This document shows, piece after piece, positions 9,390-18,413 of a DNA stretch of 64,000 bases. The stretch spans positions 892 to 64,891 of the forward strand of contig JAKURE010000002.1 in NCBI GenBank assembly GCA_022450005.1, written 5' to 3'. The notes beneath the pieces were generated by a model. That model saw only the letters and a program-made list of their open reading frames with translations. It was not told the DNA's origin and did not search any database. How positions within the stretch are numbered: the stretch's first letter is position 1; each line of letters starts with the position of its first letter. The DNA comes from Halobacteriales archaeon (GTDB taxonomy: Archaea; Halobacteriota; Halobacteria; Halobacteriales; Hikarchaeaceae). Position numbers and translations under genes: made by a program.

Positions 9390-10694
9390 TAATATAATAC
9401 CTACTATAATTGCACCCCAAACAGAAGCAATAGCTCCTATTAAAGTCGCCATGAAATTCACACCCTCGTTGCTCATCCACTTATCCTCTAAACTAGCTCC
9501 TAGAATACTGTCACCAACCATTCCTACCACTCCTGCAATCCCAATTACAATTGCCCCACCCAGTCCAATTCCTAAAGCCCAACTAGTCAATAGTCCTATG
9601 AAAAACGCTCCAACAAAACCCGCCAATGAACCCTGTACTGTCACCCCACCATCCGTTCCAACCTCAACTTTACTAAATGTAGTTATTAACCTAGTGTTCT
9701 CAAAAAGAATCCCAATTTCACTTGACAGTGTATCGCTCATCGCAGCTGCAATGGCACCTGCAAAACCAAATATGAATATATCTCCATTGATTCCCAACTG
9801 TGTGTCCATCGAAAAACCCACGACACATATTGCCGCAACAACTGTATTCGCCAATACATTCTTTGCCTCTCTTGCACCCCCATTCCCTTCCGCAACACCC
9901 ATCTCTAATTTTTCTTTATAATTCAATCGCGTAACTAAACTTCCCACTCCGAAAAAGGCAAGCATTATACTAAACCAAGCAAACCCTCCAAAAACAATAA
10001 CAATAAGCGAAAATATAATTCCAGTTAGCATACCCGTTACCGAAGCTGAACCCACTCTCCACGAAATATATCCCAACCCTCCTGCAATGCCAATCCCAAG
10101 CATCAATTGTTGCGGAATGATGTCTAGATACTCAAATGATGGGAGTGATAAAATCCAAAGAATAAGTGCAATAGTCAACATACATAAAGTCCTATTATTT
10201 CTTATCCAATTCCCCCGGACTAAAGCTACAAGCAATCCTCCCATGACTGCAAAAAAAACAACTCTTGAGGTCCCAATCTGAACCCCATTTAGCATACTTA
10301 AAACTTGACCGAAAGCTCCCAAAAACCATGCCCCTATCACAAAACCCACCACTTCCCGTATGGGGGATATATCCCGTATTAACATTACTTTTTCAATAAC
10401 ATAGATTCCACCCACTAGTATTGCTGAGACTACAAATACATTCATGGGCATCCCGGCGAATGTCACCAGCAACGTTAGCAATATCAATCCCATCGAAAAT
10501 TCAACTATCTTTCTTAGTCCCTTTTCTTTCCCCAAAAACCTAAAAAAAATCCCTCTTCTTGGAATGAAGTTTACTATGATTACAATCAATGATAGTGGAA
10601 CTATTATCACTATTAGCTCTTCCATTATGGACCCTCCTAATACCAAAACCGCCAACAACGCAAACAACCACTCCATTTCAACTCGATCTTGCAC
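9384..10694 (-). CDS. integral membrane protein with a C-terminal DUF92 (TMEM19 / VTE6-like) domain and an N-terminal extension of about 200 aa of TM helices
   Basis: The C-terminal half has GGAREAKNVLANTVVAA, AAMSDTLSSEIG and GTDGGVTVQGSLAG, as in DUF92/COG1836. It is polytopic throughout. Start is GTG at 10694 or ATG at 10676. Confidence 0.8.
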   Translation of the reverse strand: MQDRVEMEWLFALLAVLVLGGSIMEELIVIIVPLSLIVIIVNFIPRRGIFFRFLGKEKGLRKIVEFSMGLILLTLLVTFAGMPMNVFVVSAILVGGIYVIEKVMLIRDISPIREVVGFVIGAWFLGAFGQVLSMLNGVQIGTSRVVFFAVMGGLLVALVRGNWIRNNRTLCMLTIALILWILSLPSFEYLDIIPQQLMLGIGIAGGLGYISWRVGSASVTGMLTGIIFSLIVIVFGGFAWFSIMLAFFGVGSLVTRLNYKEKLEMGVAEGNGGAREAKNVLANTVVAAICVVGFSMDTQLGINGDIFIFGFAGAIAAAMSDTLSSEIGILFENTRLITTFSKVEVGTDGGVTVQGSLAGFVGAFFIGLLTSWALGIGLGGAIVIGIAGVVGMVGDSILGASLEDKWMSNEGVNFMATLIGAIASVWGAIIVGIILL

Positions 10695-10774
10695 GTCAAA
10701 TTATACCCTCAGTGATTATTTAATCTTCTTGTCTGAACCGAGGTATTTTCCTCTCTTGGAACCTGATTTTTTGT

Positions 10775-11383
10775 GTGGGACTCTATGATCAGTATCTAAG
10801 TTTTCGGATACGCCGTTTACAGGAAGCTACCCCTCAGCATGTAGTTCTAGTGATAACCGAAAGTGATTTACTCATCAACCAATCCTATTCGACACTCGAG
10901 CAATTTTTCAAATGGGCATTTGATTATGGGGCCGAAGTAGTCTCCGTTTATGTTAGTGTACTCGACTCTGCCATAATCCCAACCCTCGACCGAGAACTCT
11001 ATAGAATCCAAACACCACATGAGATCACTATCTGTAAACCAAGTCATTTCTCACGCGCCGAAACACCGATTAGAATTGGAATCGGACTCGGAGGAAAATA
11101 TGAGTTCCTCGAGGCTGTAAAATCTATTTGTATTGATGTCTCTGATGGGATCTTATCTACTAAAAAAATATCAAAAACCACTATAGAAGAACGTCTTGTC
11201 TTCCCAGCAGAGCCCGATTTGGTCATTAAAACAGGAGGCGAGCGCCTATCTGATTTTATGATTTGGCAATCTGTCTACTCTGAGCTATATTTCACTGATA
11301 TCAACTGGAGGGATTTTCGCAAGCGTGACTATCTCCGGGCTCTCCGTGATTATGCATCTCGCAAGCGTAGATTTGGGAACTAG
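10775..11383 (+). CDS. cis-prenyltransferase family protein lacking the catalytic N-terminal motif (NgBR/Nus1-like accessory subunit candidate)
   Basis: ERLSDFMIWQSVYSELYF is the conserved UPPS core. The C-terminus is RKRRFGN (RxG motif). The N-terminus reads HVVLVITESDLL where UPPS has DGNRRWA. GTG start, 202 aa. Confidence 0.8.
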   Translation: MGLYDQYLSFRIRRLQEATPQHVVLVITESDLLINQSYSTLEQFFKWAFDYGAEVVSVYVSVLDSAIIPTLDRELYRIQTPHEITICKPSHFSRAETPIRIGIGLGGKYEFLEAVKSICIDVSDGILSTKKISKTTIEERLVFPAEPDLVIKTGGERLSDFMIWQSVYSELYFTDINWRDFRKRDYLRALRDYASRKRRFGN

Positions 11384-11401
11384 TAAATTACCCATAGTTT
11401 C

Positions 11402-12343
11402 TCACTTTTCGTTATATTTTACAGAACCTCTATTTTCTTGATCGACCTCACTTACTATTTCTTCTAATACTTTTTCTGGAATATATGCACGCAAACGATT
11501 TGCCACCTTTTTGACATCTTTAATCTCTGCAGTTTTCATAACTTTAATAATTGCTATTGCTCTTTCTGCCCGGGTCGTTTGCCAGGTACTTTCTCTATGC
11601 TCATATGTTCTAATACCCCTTAAAAAATCAATTTTTGAAAACCCCGGCCAATAAGGGGTGCAAAAAAACACGGCGGCTTCATTTCCATTCGCATGCCACG
11701 GGAGAAAGTTCGACGTACGAACATCTCCCCCTGTTCTAATTATTAAATCCACATCCCTAATATTCTGCTCTGACAATCGAGATTCTATCATTTTACCATC
11801 AATTTCTTCTACAGATATTTTTTTTGAAGCCACTTCCTCTGCTATTTCTATTGCAGCATCTAACATTTCATCCCTCCCCCCATATGCAAGTGCAATATTA
11901 AGTTTGAATTTGGTATTTCCTCTAGTATCTCTCTCTATTTCTCGAGCCACTTTTCTAATACGCTCTGGCACTCTTTCTAGTTGGCCTATAACTCTCACTC
12001 GAACATCTCTCGAATACTCTTCTTCCATTTCTGAAAACTGCTTTAATTTTAACTCTATCAAATCAAATAGTTCTTTTTGCTCTTCACCCGACCGATCAAA
12101 ATTTTCAGTTGAAAATGTATACAATGTCAGTTCTTCTACCCCGATTTCTTTGCACCAGTGAAGTACCCTTTCAGTCGTTTTTGCACCTTCTATATGCCCT
12201 TCTTCCCTCCCAATTCCAAATTTTTGGGCATATCTCCTATTTCCATCTTGTATGATTGCCACATGTTTTGGAGGTTTTTTTATCTCACTCTGCAAGAGAT
12301 CTTCATAAAAATTCTCCAATTTTCTCCTCAAAAACGAAAGCAT
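11402..12343 (-). CDS. uppS: cis-prenyltransferase (undecaprenyl/dehydrodolichyl diphosphate synthase), catalytic subunit
   Basis: HVAIIQDGNRRYA, LTLYTFSTENFDRS and IIRTGGDVRTSNFLPW are canonical UPPS motifs. The usual C-terminal RxG is not visible (reads YEHRESTWQ). It has a C-terminal extension of about 60 aa. Confidence 0.9.
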   Translation of the reverse strand: MLSFLRRKLENFYEDLLQSEIKKPPKHVAIIQDGNRRYAQKFGIGREEGHIEGAKTTERVLHWCKEIGVEELTLYTFSTENFDRSGEEQKELFDLIELKLKQFSEMEEEYSRDVRVRVIGQLERVPERIRKVAREIERDTRGNTKFKLNIALAYGGRDEMLDAAIEIAEEVASKKISVEEIDGKMIESRLSEQNIRDVDLIIRTGGDVRTSNFLPWHANGNEAAVFFCTPYWPGFSKIDFLRGIRTYEHRESTWQTTRAERAIAIIKVMKTAEIKDVKKVANRLRAYIPEKVLEEIVSEVDQENRGSVKYNEK

Positions 12344-12504
12344 AACTGTATGCCTTTTAACAAAATTTTTAAGTAGTTAACACCTCCCATCGAAACCAAC
12401 CGTTTTTATGTGATTATTCTGCCTACCTAAAAACATATAAAACTCAGGAGGGTTCTCATGTCAGCTGTGAAACCCTTTTATACGTTCTTATCTTGAAATC
12501 TTGT

Positions 12505-12888
12505 ATGGTCAAAATGCAAAAGGAAATCCGTGATATCCAAAAAGGATCGTATTTGATTATGGATGACGCACCCTGCGAAATAATCGCCTACAGCACGGCC
12601 AAACCAGGAAAACATGGAAGTGCAAAAGCAAGAATTGAAGGTAAAGGTGTATTTGACAACAAAAAAAGAAGCATGTCCCAACCTGTAGATGCAAAAATAT
12701 GGGTCCCAGTAATCGAACGTAGACAAGGACAAGTCATCAATCTAGAGGGGAACAACGTCGCCCAAATAATGGATCTAAACTCCTATGAATCATTTTCACT
12801 AGAAATACCCAGTGAATTGAATATTTCTGGTGACAGTGAAATAGAATATTTGGAGTATGAGACCCAAAGAAAGGTCGTCGTAAAGTAA
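12505..12888 (+). CDS. eif5a: translation initiation factor 5A (aIF5A)
   Basis: [17 protein letters not shown] is the hypusine loop (GKHG), followed by an OB-fold C-terminal half. The track ORF starts at TTG 12493; the ATGs at 12505 or 12514 are more likely. Confidence 0.9.
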   Translation: MVKMQKEIRDIQKGSYLIMDDAPCEIIAYSTAKPGKHGSAKARIEGKGVFDNKKRSMSQPVDAKIWVPVIERRQGQVINLEGNNVAQIMDLNSYESFSLEIPSELNISGDSEIEYLEYETQRKVVVK

Positions 12889-13697
12889 TGTTATTTTCTG
12901 GGGCAAATGCCTCTCGAAACGAAGCTTCTTATGTACTTTTTGGGGCCCCTTTTGATTTTTCTACCACTTTTATCCCTGGAACCAGATTTGGGCCAAATCA
13001 ACTCCGAAAATTCTCTGCCCATTTTGAAGATTACGACCCAAGAACTAAGACACATTTTTCGGAATTGTTGGTCCATGACTTTGGAGATGTAATACCCGAA
13101 TCTTCTCATCTTCCCACTTATCTTGATTATTTGGGGGGATTCATCACAGAGGCAGTCAACGACAACCTCCCTCCTCTTCTTATCGGTGGAGAACACACAG
13201 TAAATCTGGCTGCAATCCGGGCACTACAACCTGACACTTACGTTTGTCTCGACGCACATCTCGACCTTCGAGATTCGTATCAAGATAACTCTTGGAGTCA
13301 TGCCACTTCTACATTGAACGCACTTGAAATTGTAGACCATGCAATTATTCTTGGAGCAAGATCTGGCTGTGAAGAAGAATGGAATCGTTCCACCGGCAGT
13401 GATGTTACTATCATACCCCCCGAAGAAGTTTCTAGTTGGGAACCCAATTTAACCGGATCTGTCTATTTCAGTATTGATATTGATGCGGCAGATTCTAGTA
13501 TCGTCCCCGGGACCGGAACTCCCGAGCCCTTTGGATTGAGTGCACAGGAAATGCTCCATGTAGTTCGTTTAGTATCCCCCCACGCATCTGGATTCGATAT
13601 AGTAGAGGTCAATGATAGGGACTCCGGCCAAACCGCAATACTTGGTGCAAAACTCCTCCGAGAATTTGTACATTCACATCAACGCCTATCCTTGTAA
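12888..13697 (+). CDS. speB: agmatinase (arginase/ureohydrolase family)
   Basis: Metal-ligand motifs LLIGGEHTV, LDAHLDLRD and SIDIDAADSSIVPGTGTPEP. Its ATG shares one nucleotide with the aIF5A TAA (TAATG). Confidence 0.85.
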   Translation: MLFSGANASRNEASYVLFGAPFDFSTTFIPGTRFGPNQLRKFSAHFEDYDPRTKTHFSELLVHDFGDVIPESSHLPTYLDYLGGFITEAVNDNLPPLLIGGEHTVNLAAIRALQPDTYVCLDAHLDLRDSYQDNSWSHATSTLNALEIVDHAIILGARSGCEEEWNRSTGSDVTIIPPEEVSSWEPNLTGSVYFSIDIDAADSSIVPGTGTPEPFGLSAQEMLHVVRLVSPHASGFDIVEVNDRDSGQTAILGAKLLREFVHSHQRLSL

Positions 13698-13762
13698 TTC
13701 CCTCCTTTCTCGACATGCTAACTTATCCAAAAAGTCTTACCACTCGAAGGTAACTCTTGTTC

Positions 13763-14722
13763 ATGGATGCCATTGTTCTCGCGGGCGGCTATGCAACGCG
13801 ATTATGGCCAATAACTCAACACAGGCCAAAAATGCTATTGCCCGTGGGCCCATCCACGGTCATCGACCGAATTTTTCAAGAACTCGAACAAGAGCCCAGA
13901 ATAAATAATGTTTATGTAAGTACTAATGAATTGTTCGCAGCTGATTTCACTGACCATTTGACAAATTCCCCTTTTTCAAAACCTAAACTAACTGTGGAGG
14001 AAACCACTGCAGAAGAGGAGAAATTCGGAGTTATAGGCGCACTTGGTCAACTTTTAGACCGAGAACAAATCAAAGATGATTTATTGGTCATCGCGGGGGA
14101 CAATCTAATAAGTTTCTCTATAAGTGATTTTCTAGACTTCTTTGAGTCTAAACAAAATGTGTGTCTCGCTGCATACGATGTTGGTAACAAAGAACTCGCG
14201 AAATCCTATGGTGTGGTTAAAGTAGACCAAGAACAAGTGGTGGGATTTCAAGAAAAACCATCTGATCCTCAGAGTAGTCTAGTTTCCATTGCTTGTTACG
14301 CATTCCCTGCTAAAACTCTCTCTTTATTTCATTCTTATCTCTCAAATGGAAACAACCCCGACGAACCCGGATGGTTCCTCCAATGGCTTTACCCAAATTA
14401 TTCTGTTTATGCCTTTTCATTCGATGGGGCTTGGTTCGACATCGGCACTCCTGAAAGTTATATAGGGGCCGTAGCTTGGGCTTTAAACGATGGAACTCTT
14501 GTAGACTCCGAAGCAATCCTTTCTGGGACTACCCTGGGGAAAAATGTCCATGTCATGTCCGGTGCAAAAATAACCGATTCTCATATAGAGAACTCCGTTG
14601 TTTTTCCAAATGCAATTGTCGATTCTTGCCACTTAAAAAATTCCATAATAGATGAAGCAACTCAAATACGAAATATCGATCTTTCTGGAGCGTTAATTGG
14701 AGCACACACCCAAATAGGGTAA
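13763..14722 (+). CDS. sugar-phosphate nucleotidyltransferase with a C-terminal left-handed beta-helix region
   Basis: MDAIVLAGGYATRLWPITQHRPKMLLPVG is the NTP-transferase signature, then IAGDN. The track start, TTG 13757, is 2 codons upstream of the ATG. Confidence 0.8.
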   Translation: MDAIVLAGGYATRLWPITQHRPKMLLPVGPSTVIDRIFQELEQEPRINNVYVSTNELFAADFTDHLTNSPFSKPKLTVEETTAEEEKFGVIGALGQLLDREQIKDDLLVIAGDNLISFSISDFLDFFESKQNVCLAAYDVGNKELAKSYGVVKVDQEQVVGFQEKPSDPQSSLVSIACYAFPAKTLSLFHSYLSNGNNPDEPGWFLQWLYPNYSVYAFSFDGAWFDIGTPESYIGAVAWALNDGTLVDSEAILSGTTLGKNVHVMSGAKITDSHIENSVVFPNAIVDSCHLKNSIIDEATQIRNIDLSGALIGAHTQIG

Positions 14723-14771
14723 TTCTGTGTAAGTTCTTCTATTTGCTTAACCTATCCCTATCACTCGAAAC

Positions 14772-15482
14772 TCAACATAGCCAAGCATTTTTCACTCGTA
14801 CCTCTCCCCAATTTTCCTCCCAAAAAACATCATATTCCACTTTTATCTCCCGATTCATATGGGGCCCATTAGTTACTAACGTCTCGTATTCCCCCCCTTC
14901 CCCTAGGATGTGAACTCCATATTTTTCATTGAGAACTTGCAATTCCTCAATTGCATTCATATCTATATATCTCCCCAACCAAGATTCATCAATACCATCT
15001 GCAGCAACACTAACCATCATAATTTCAAAACCACCTTCTACCATTTTATTAATCATAGTTAATGGATTGGATTTCCACAAAGGGGCATACAATGTTATGT
15101 TCAAATTGTCACACATTTTTTGAATTCTACTCCTCTGGTACTCACTCTCCACCGCTCCTGCTATGATACCCTCTAGGCGAATCTCATCTGCTATTTCTCT
15201 CAACGAATTTTCAATACATTTTACTTCCCTGTCTCCCTGCCCCCCCGAATCTGTATCTCCTAGAATTTTAAATTCAGGTTCAATTTCTATGAGTTCAATC
15301 CCAATACTCTCCGCCACAAAGGGCACTACCCTCGTTGCTGGAACATGATACATATATGAACCAGCTGGAGGGTGAACCGTCAATAGATATTTAATATCAA
15401 ATCCATTTTCAAGCGCCTGATATAATGCCCAATTAGAGTCTTTTCCACCTGAGAATAGACTTACCCATTGACCCCCCTTCAT
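14772..15482 (-). CDS. dph6: diphthine--ammonia ligase (Dph6; PP-loop ATP-binding domain, MJ0570 family)
   Basis: VSLFSGGKDSNWALYQA is the PP-loop SGGKDS motif, and GEGGEYETLV lies near the C-terminus. 236 aa. Confidence 0.8.
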   Translation of the reverse strand: MKGGQWVSLFSGGKDSNWALYQALENGFDIKYLLTVHPPAGSYMYHVPATRVVPFVAESIGIELIEIEPEFKILGDTDSGGQGDREVKCIENSLREIADEIRLEGIIAGAVESEYQRSRIQKMCDNLNITLYAPLWKSNPLTMINKMVEGGFEIMMVSVAADGIDESWLGRYIDMNAIEELQVLNEKYGVHILGEGGEYETLVTNGPHMNREIKVEYDVFWEENWGEVRVKNAWLC

Positions 15483-15495
15483 TTCACTATCGAGC

Positions 15496-16635
15496 TCATT
15501 TAGCTTTACTTTGCATCTTTCTTATTCTGGGTGCTATTTTTATGCCAACAACACTCACCAATATTCCTAAGCCCACAAATATGGCCAAATGTTCCTCCGC
15601 TGTCCAAACCAATGGCCCTATTTCGATCAATCCTCCCATTCTCATTTTTGCTAATCCAATCGCTCCTATGGCACCTTGCTGCTGTAGGAAATAGGATGAA
15701 AAACCCCTGATTACTATTGCAGTTGATATTATCCCAAATATCAGGTTTATATGTGCAGTTTGAACTTGTTTATTCCTTATCACACTGTCCAATGCTTTAC
15801 CTAGACTCATTACCAATCCTCCCAAAGCTACCCATGGAATACTGTAATGTATAAATCCCATCAAAGAAGTCACCGATCCGCCTACATCTTCTGATATTGG
15901 CGTGTTGACCACTCCAATAAAAACTCCAACTAAAATTAGTCCCACTGCAACTACGTATGTCACAACAGATACTCTGCCCGAGTAAAGCGTTTCACGAATC
16001 TTCGTGGGTATGATTGCAATACTATCATCAATATCAAGTGACTTGTATAATACAAACACCCCTAGAATCGCTGTAATAACTGCAAATGTGGTTCTCACAT
16101 CTACTAAGTATGAAAGGATTGGTAGAACTGTAAGCACAACCCCCATGGGTACTAAAATGGTTGATCTCAACTCATCATCCGCCAAAAAACGTTTTGCTAA
16201 ATAGTATTTTGATTCCAGGTCGTGTATCTGACGAACAATAACTCTATCAACTGCGTCTATTCTAATTCGACTTTCCAATATTGGAATCAATCTTTCTTGT
16301 TCAATTGACCCTATCACTAAAACGGCTGAATCTGGTTTTACTTCTTCTAAGAGTAGATCCAATTGTCTCGCCAATGATCTATCTGTTTCTGATACTATGG
16401 CCCCCGATCTACCCGAAACAACTGCAACTTCTGCCCTTTCTCCTGCGTGTTCTAGTTCTTTTGTTACTTTCAGTGCCTCTAGCAAACAGTTAACCTGACT
16501 ATTCTCTGGATCTTCCAACCCCACAATAGAAACCAGTTCCTCTACCTCCTCTTGCCCCACGAGGTACTGGGACTCCTCTGAGCTATCCCTATTTCCACCT
16601 TCATTTACGTCTAAATATACTACCAAGACACTCAT
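15496..16635 (-). CDS. DUF373-family membrane protein
   Basis: The soluble acidic N-terminal half (DPENSQVN..., VVSG..., DRVIVRQ) is followed by about 6 TM helices. This matches my recollection of the DUF373 architecture. Confidence 0.7.
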   Translation of the reverse strand: MSVLVVYLDVNEGGNRDSSEESQYLVGQEEVEELVSIVGLEDPENSQVNCLLEALKVTKELEHAGERAEVAVVSGRSGAIVSETDRSLARQLDLLLEEVKPDSAVLVIGSIEQERLIPILESRIRIDAVDRVIVRQIHDLESKYYLAKRFLADDELRSTILVPMGVVLTVLPILSYLVDVRTTFAVITAILGVFVLYKSLDIDDSIAIIPTKIRETLYSGRVSVVTYVVAVGLILVGVFIGVVNTPISEDVGGSVTSLMGFIHYSIPWVALGGLVMSLGKALDSVIRNKQVQTAHINLIFGIISTAIVIRGFSSYFLQQQGAIGAIGLAKMRMGGLIEIGPLVWTAEEHLAIFVGLGILVSVVGIKIAPRIRKMQSKAK

Positions 16636-16724
16636 TTTTCACCCTACTAAGGAACTTACTACTGCAAAAAGATGCGTTTTGTGGATCCCTCTCCCTCTCG
16701 TTACACTTATCCTCTATCCCAATT

Positions 16725-17750
16725 TTAGAGCAATCCGGCCTTTTGCAATTTCATTAAATCTTCCGTTCCAAGAGCTTGTCCTTTTTTGAACCTCTCATAT
16801 ATTTCCTCTCCTTCTTTCTTCGCCTCTTTCCGAGCTGCTTCTCTCACACTTTGACGTGAGGATTCATCTTTTTTATCCATTTTTCTCAGTTTCTTTTGGA
16901 CTTTAATGAACCATTCATGGTGGAAATCTGCCAACTCCTGCGCGCGGATAAATTTAGCGTGAATTTCATCTGCCTCATTTCTGACTTGATCTGCCAGTCT
17001 ATAACATTCAATCATCTTATTATGTTCTACCTGAGCCTCGTCTGCTAGTCGTATCATTTCTCTATGAAGACCCGACGCCTCTCTTCGTGAATGTTCTGCC
17101 TGTCTTTTTTTCTCACCAACTTCCCGATCCTGTTCAAGTTGTTTCTTCTTCTCGGAATATTTCTCTTTCAAATCCGCTATTTTTTCGATTAATTTCCTTT
17201 CAGTCCCTCCTGTTAATACTTCTGTTTGCTGTCTAAATTCCAGGGATTCAATCTCCTTTTCCAGTGCAGATAGAGGTTTCTCTTTTTTTGACCCATGTTC
17301 TTTCTTATCGTTACCCACACCCTTGAATAATTCACTTGCAGAACGATTCATCTCATCTCTTTCATCCTTTGTAGATTGAACCGAACCATTGAGTTCATCT
17401 CGCGTTTCTCGATGTGCATGTGCTTCATCCACTCTATTTCTTGTTTCATCATTGAGACGATCTCGCAGAGTCGCTCTACGCGAAGCTTCTTGATTCAATT
17501 CATTCCTTCTATCTCTGAGCTCTCCTGCTATTTTGATCAGTTGGGACTTCGATTTCGCTTCCACATCCTCTTCTGTCACTTCAATATTTTTGCTTAAGTC
17601 AAGCTCTTCAAGTTCAATCACTTCTTTCTCTTCTTCAGGTGCATTCCCTTCTTCAAGTTCAATCACTTCTTTCTCTTCTTCAGGTGCATTCCCTTCTTTA
17701 TTTTCTATACTTTCTATTGTTTCTGTCGCCGGTTCCATTTGTAGTTTCAC
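16725..17750 (-). CDS. archaeal coiled-coil protein (COG1340-like) with a tandem 15-aa repeat near the N-terminus
   Basis: Highly charged heptad-like K/E/R-rich sequence throughout. EGNAPEEEKEVIELE occurs twice in tandem. Start is GTG 17750 or ATG 17738. Confidence 0.75.
   Translation of the reverse strand: MKLQMEPATETIESIENKEGNAPEEEKEVIELEEGNAPEEEKEVIELEELDLSKNIEVTEEDVEAKSKSQLIKIAGELRDRRNELNQEASRRATLRDRLNDETRNRVDEAHAHRETRDELNGSVQSTKDERDEMNRSASELFKGVGNDKKEHGSKKEKPLSALEKEIESLEFRQQTEVLTGGTERKLIEKIADLKEKYSEKKKQLEQDREVGEKKRQAEHSRREASGLHREMIRLADEAQVEHNKMIECYRLADQVRNEADEIHAKFIRAQELADFHHEWFIKVQKKLRKMDKKDESSRQSVREAARKEAKKEGEEIYERFKKGQALGTEDLMKLQKAGLL
17606..17695. repeat. perfect 2 x 45-bp tandem direct repeat inside the coiled-coil gene
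   Basis: cttcaagttcaatcacttctttctcttcttcaggtgcattccctt occurs at 17606..17650 and again at 17651..17695. It is in frame (15 codons per unit). Confidence 0.9.
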
Positions 17751-17845
17751 CTTCTATACACTTGCATTACTCCTAAACTCTGCATAAAATTAGCTAACTA
17801 AATAGCCTCTCCTCTGATAATGGTCAGTTTGCTTTTCTATTCGTA

Positions 17846-18373
17846 ATGAAGTACTCTAACGAGTTGGGATACTTGTCCTATGGGTTTAATAGTTTCGAGA
17901 GAAAAATCCCCTTGGCGTACTCTTTATATGCTAAACTATTACTACCTTCTATTGTGCAATATGTTGAGAATTTAGTAGCTTATGGTAATCCAAATGTCAC
18001 CGCAAACCATTCTTCCACCCTCGAAATCACTACTGATTCTTATCTAACCCCCTCTGGAGATTGCATAGTTGGTATCTCTTCCAATAGATCCCCATCTGCC
18101 TTTTCCAACGATTTCATTACCGCTTGTCAAACTAAAAATGCAAAAATAACTGCCAAATTATCTGTTGGCAGCCACGAACAATATATTTTCGGCTGTGGTC
18201 ACCCCGATCTAACATTTAAAAGTACCAATTCTGCCGTCATTCGGAAAAGCTGCTACGTCGATGATAGAACTATCATGATCAATTCAGATACTGCAGCAAA
18301 GAATTTGAATAGAAATATCATACCCCTCTTGCAAAATGAAAATAAAATTAGCCTTCGCCTAACTGTTCTATAG
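17846..18373 (+). CDS. DUF371 domain protein
   Basis: AYGNPNVTANHSSTLEITTDSYLTPSGDCIVGI matches the DUF371 signature (GH.N..A.H..T.E.T....LT..GDCI.G). The true start may be the GTG at 17954 (MQYVENL...), because the first 36 codons are not family-like. Confidence 0.7.
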   Translation: MKYSNELGYLSYGFNSFERKIPLAYSLYAKLLLPSIVQYVENLVAYGNPNVTANHSSTLEITTDSYLTPSGDCIVGISSNRSPSAFSNDFITACQTKNAKITAKLSVGSHEQYIFGCGHPDLTFKSTNSAVIRKSCYVDDRTIMINSDTAAKNLNRNIIPLLQNENKISLRLTVL

Positions 18374-18413
18374 AACCAATTCCTTATAGTTCTCGAACCC
18401 AATCTATTTTTTC

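Noticed and set aside
9343-9921. 192-aa + strand ORF rich in P/T/S/A.
   Set aside because: It is antisense to the DUF92 membrane-protein gene. Pro/Thr/Ser-rich translation is what the reverse complement of Gly/Val/Ala-rich TM codons gives, and there are no motifs.
12344-12492. The 149-bp uppS/aIF5A divergent spacer, checked for a tRNA, a C/D-box sRNA or a leader peptide. It contains a small hairpin gggtt-N16-aaccc and a 12-codon uORF.
   Set aside because: It has no tRNA-like T-arm or anticodon structure and no C (RUGAUGA) or D (CUGA) box pair. The 5-bp stem and the tiny ORF are not distinguishable from chance. The region is best read as two back-to-back AT-rich promoters.
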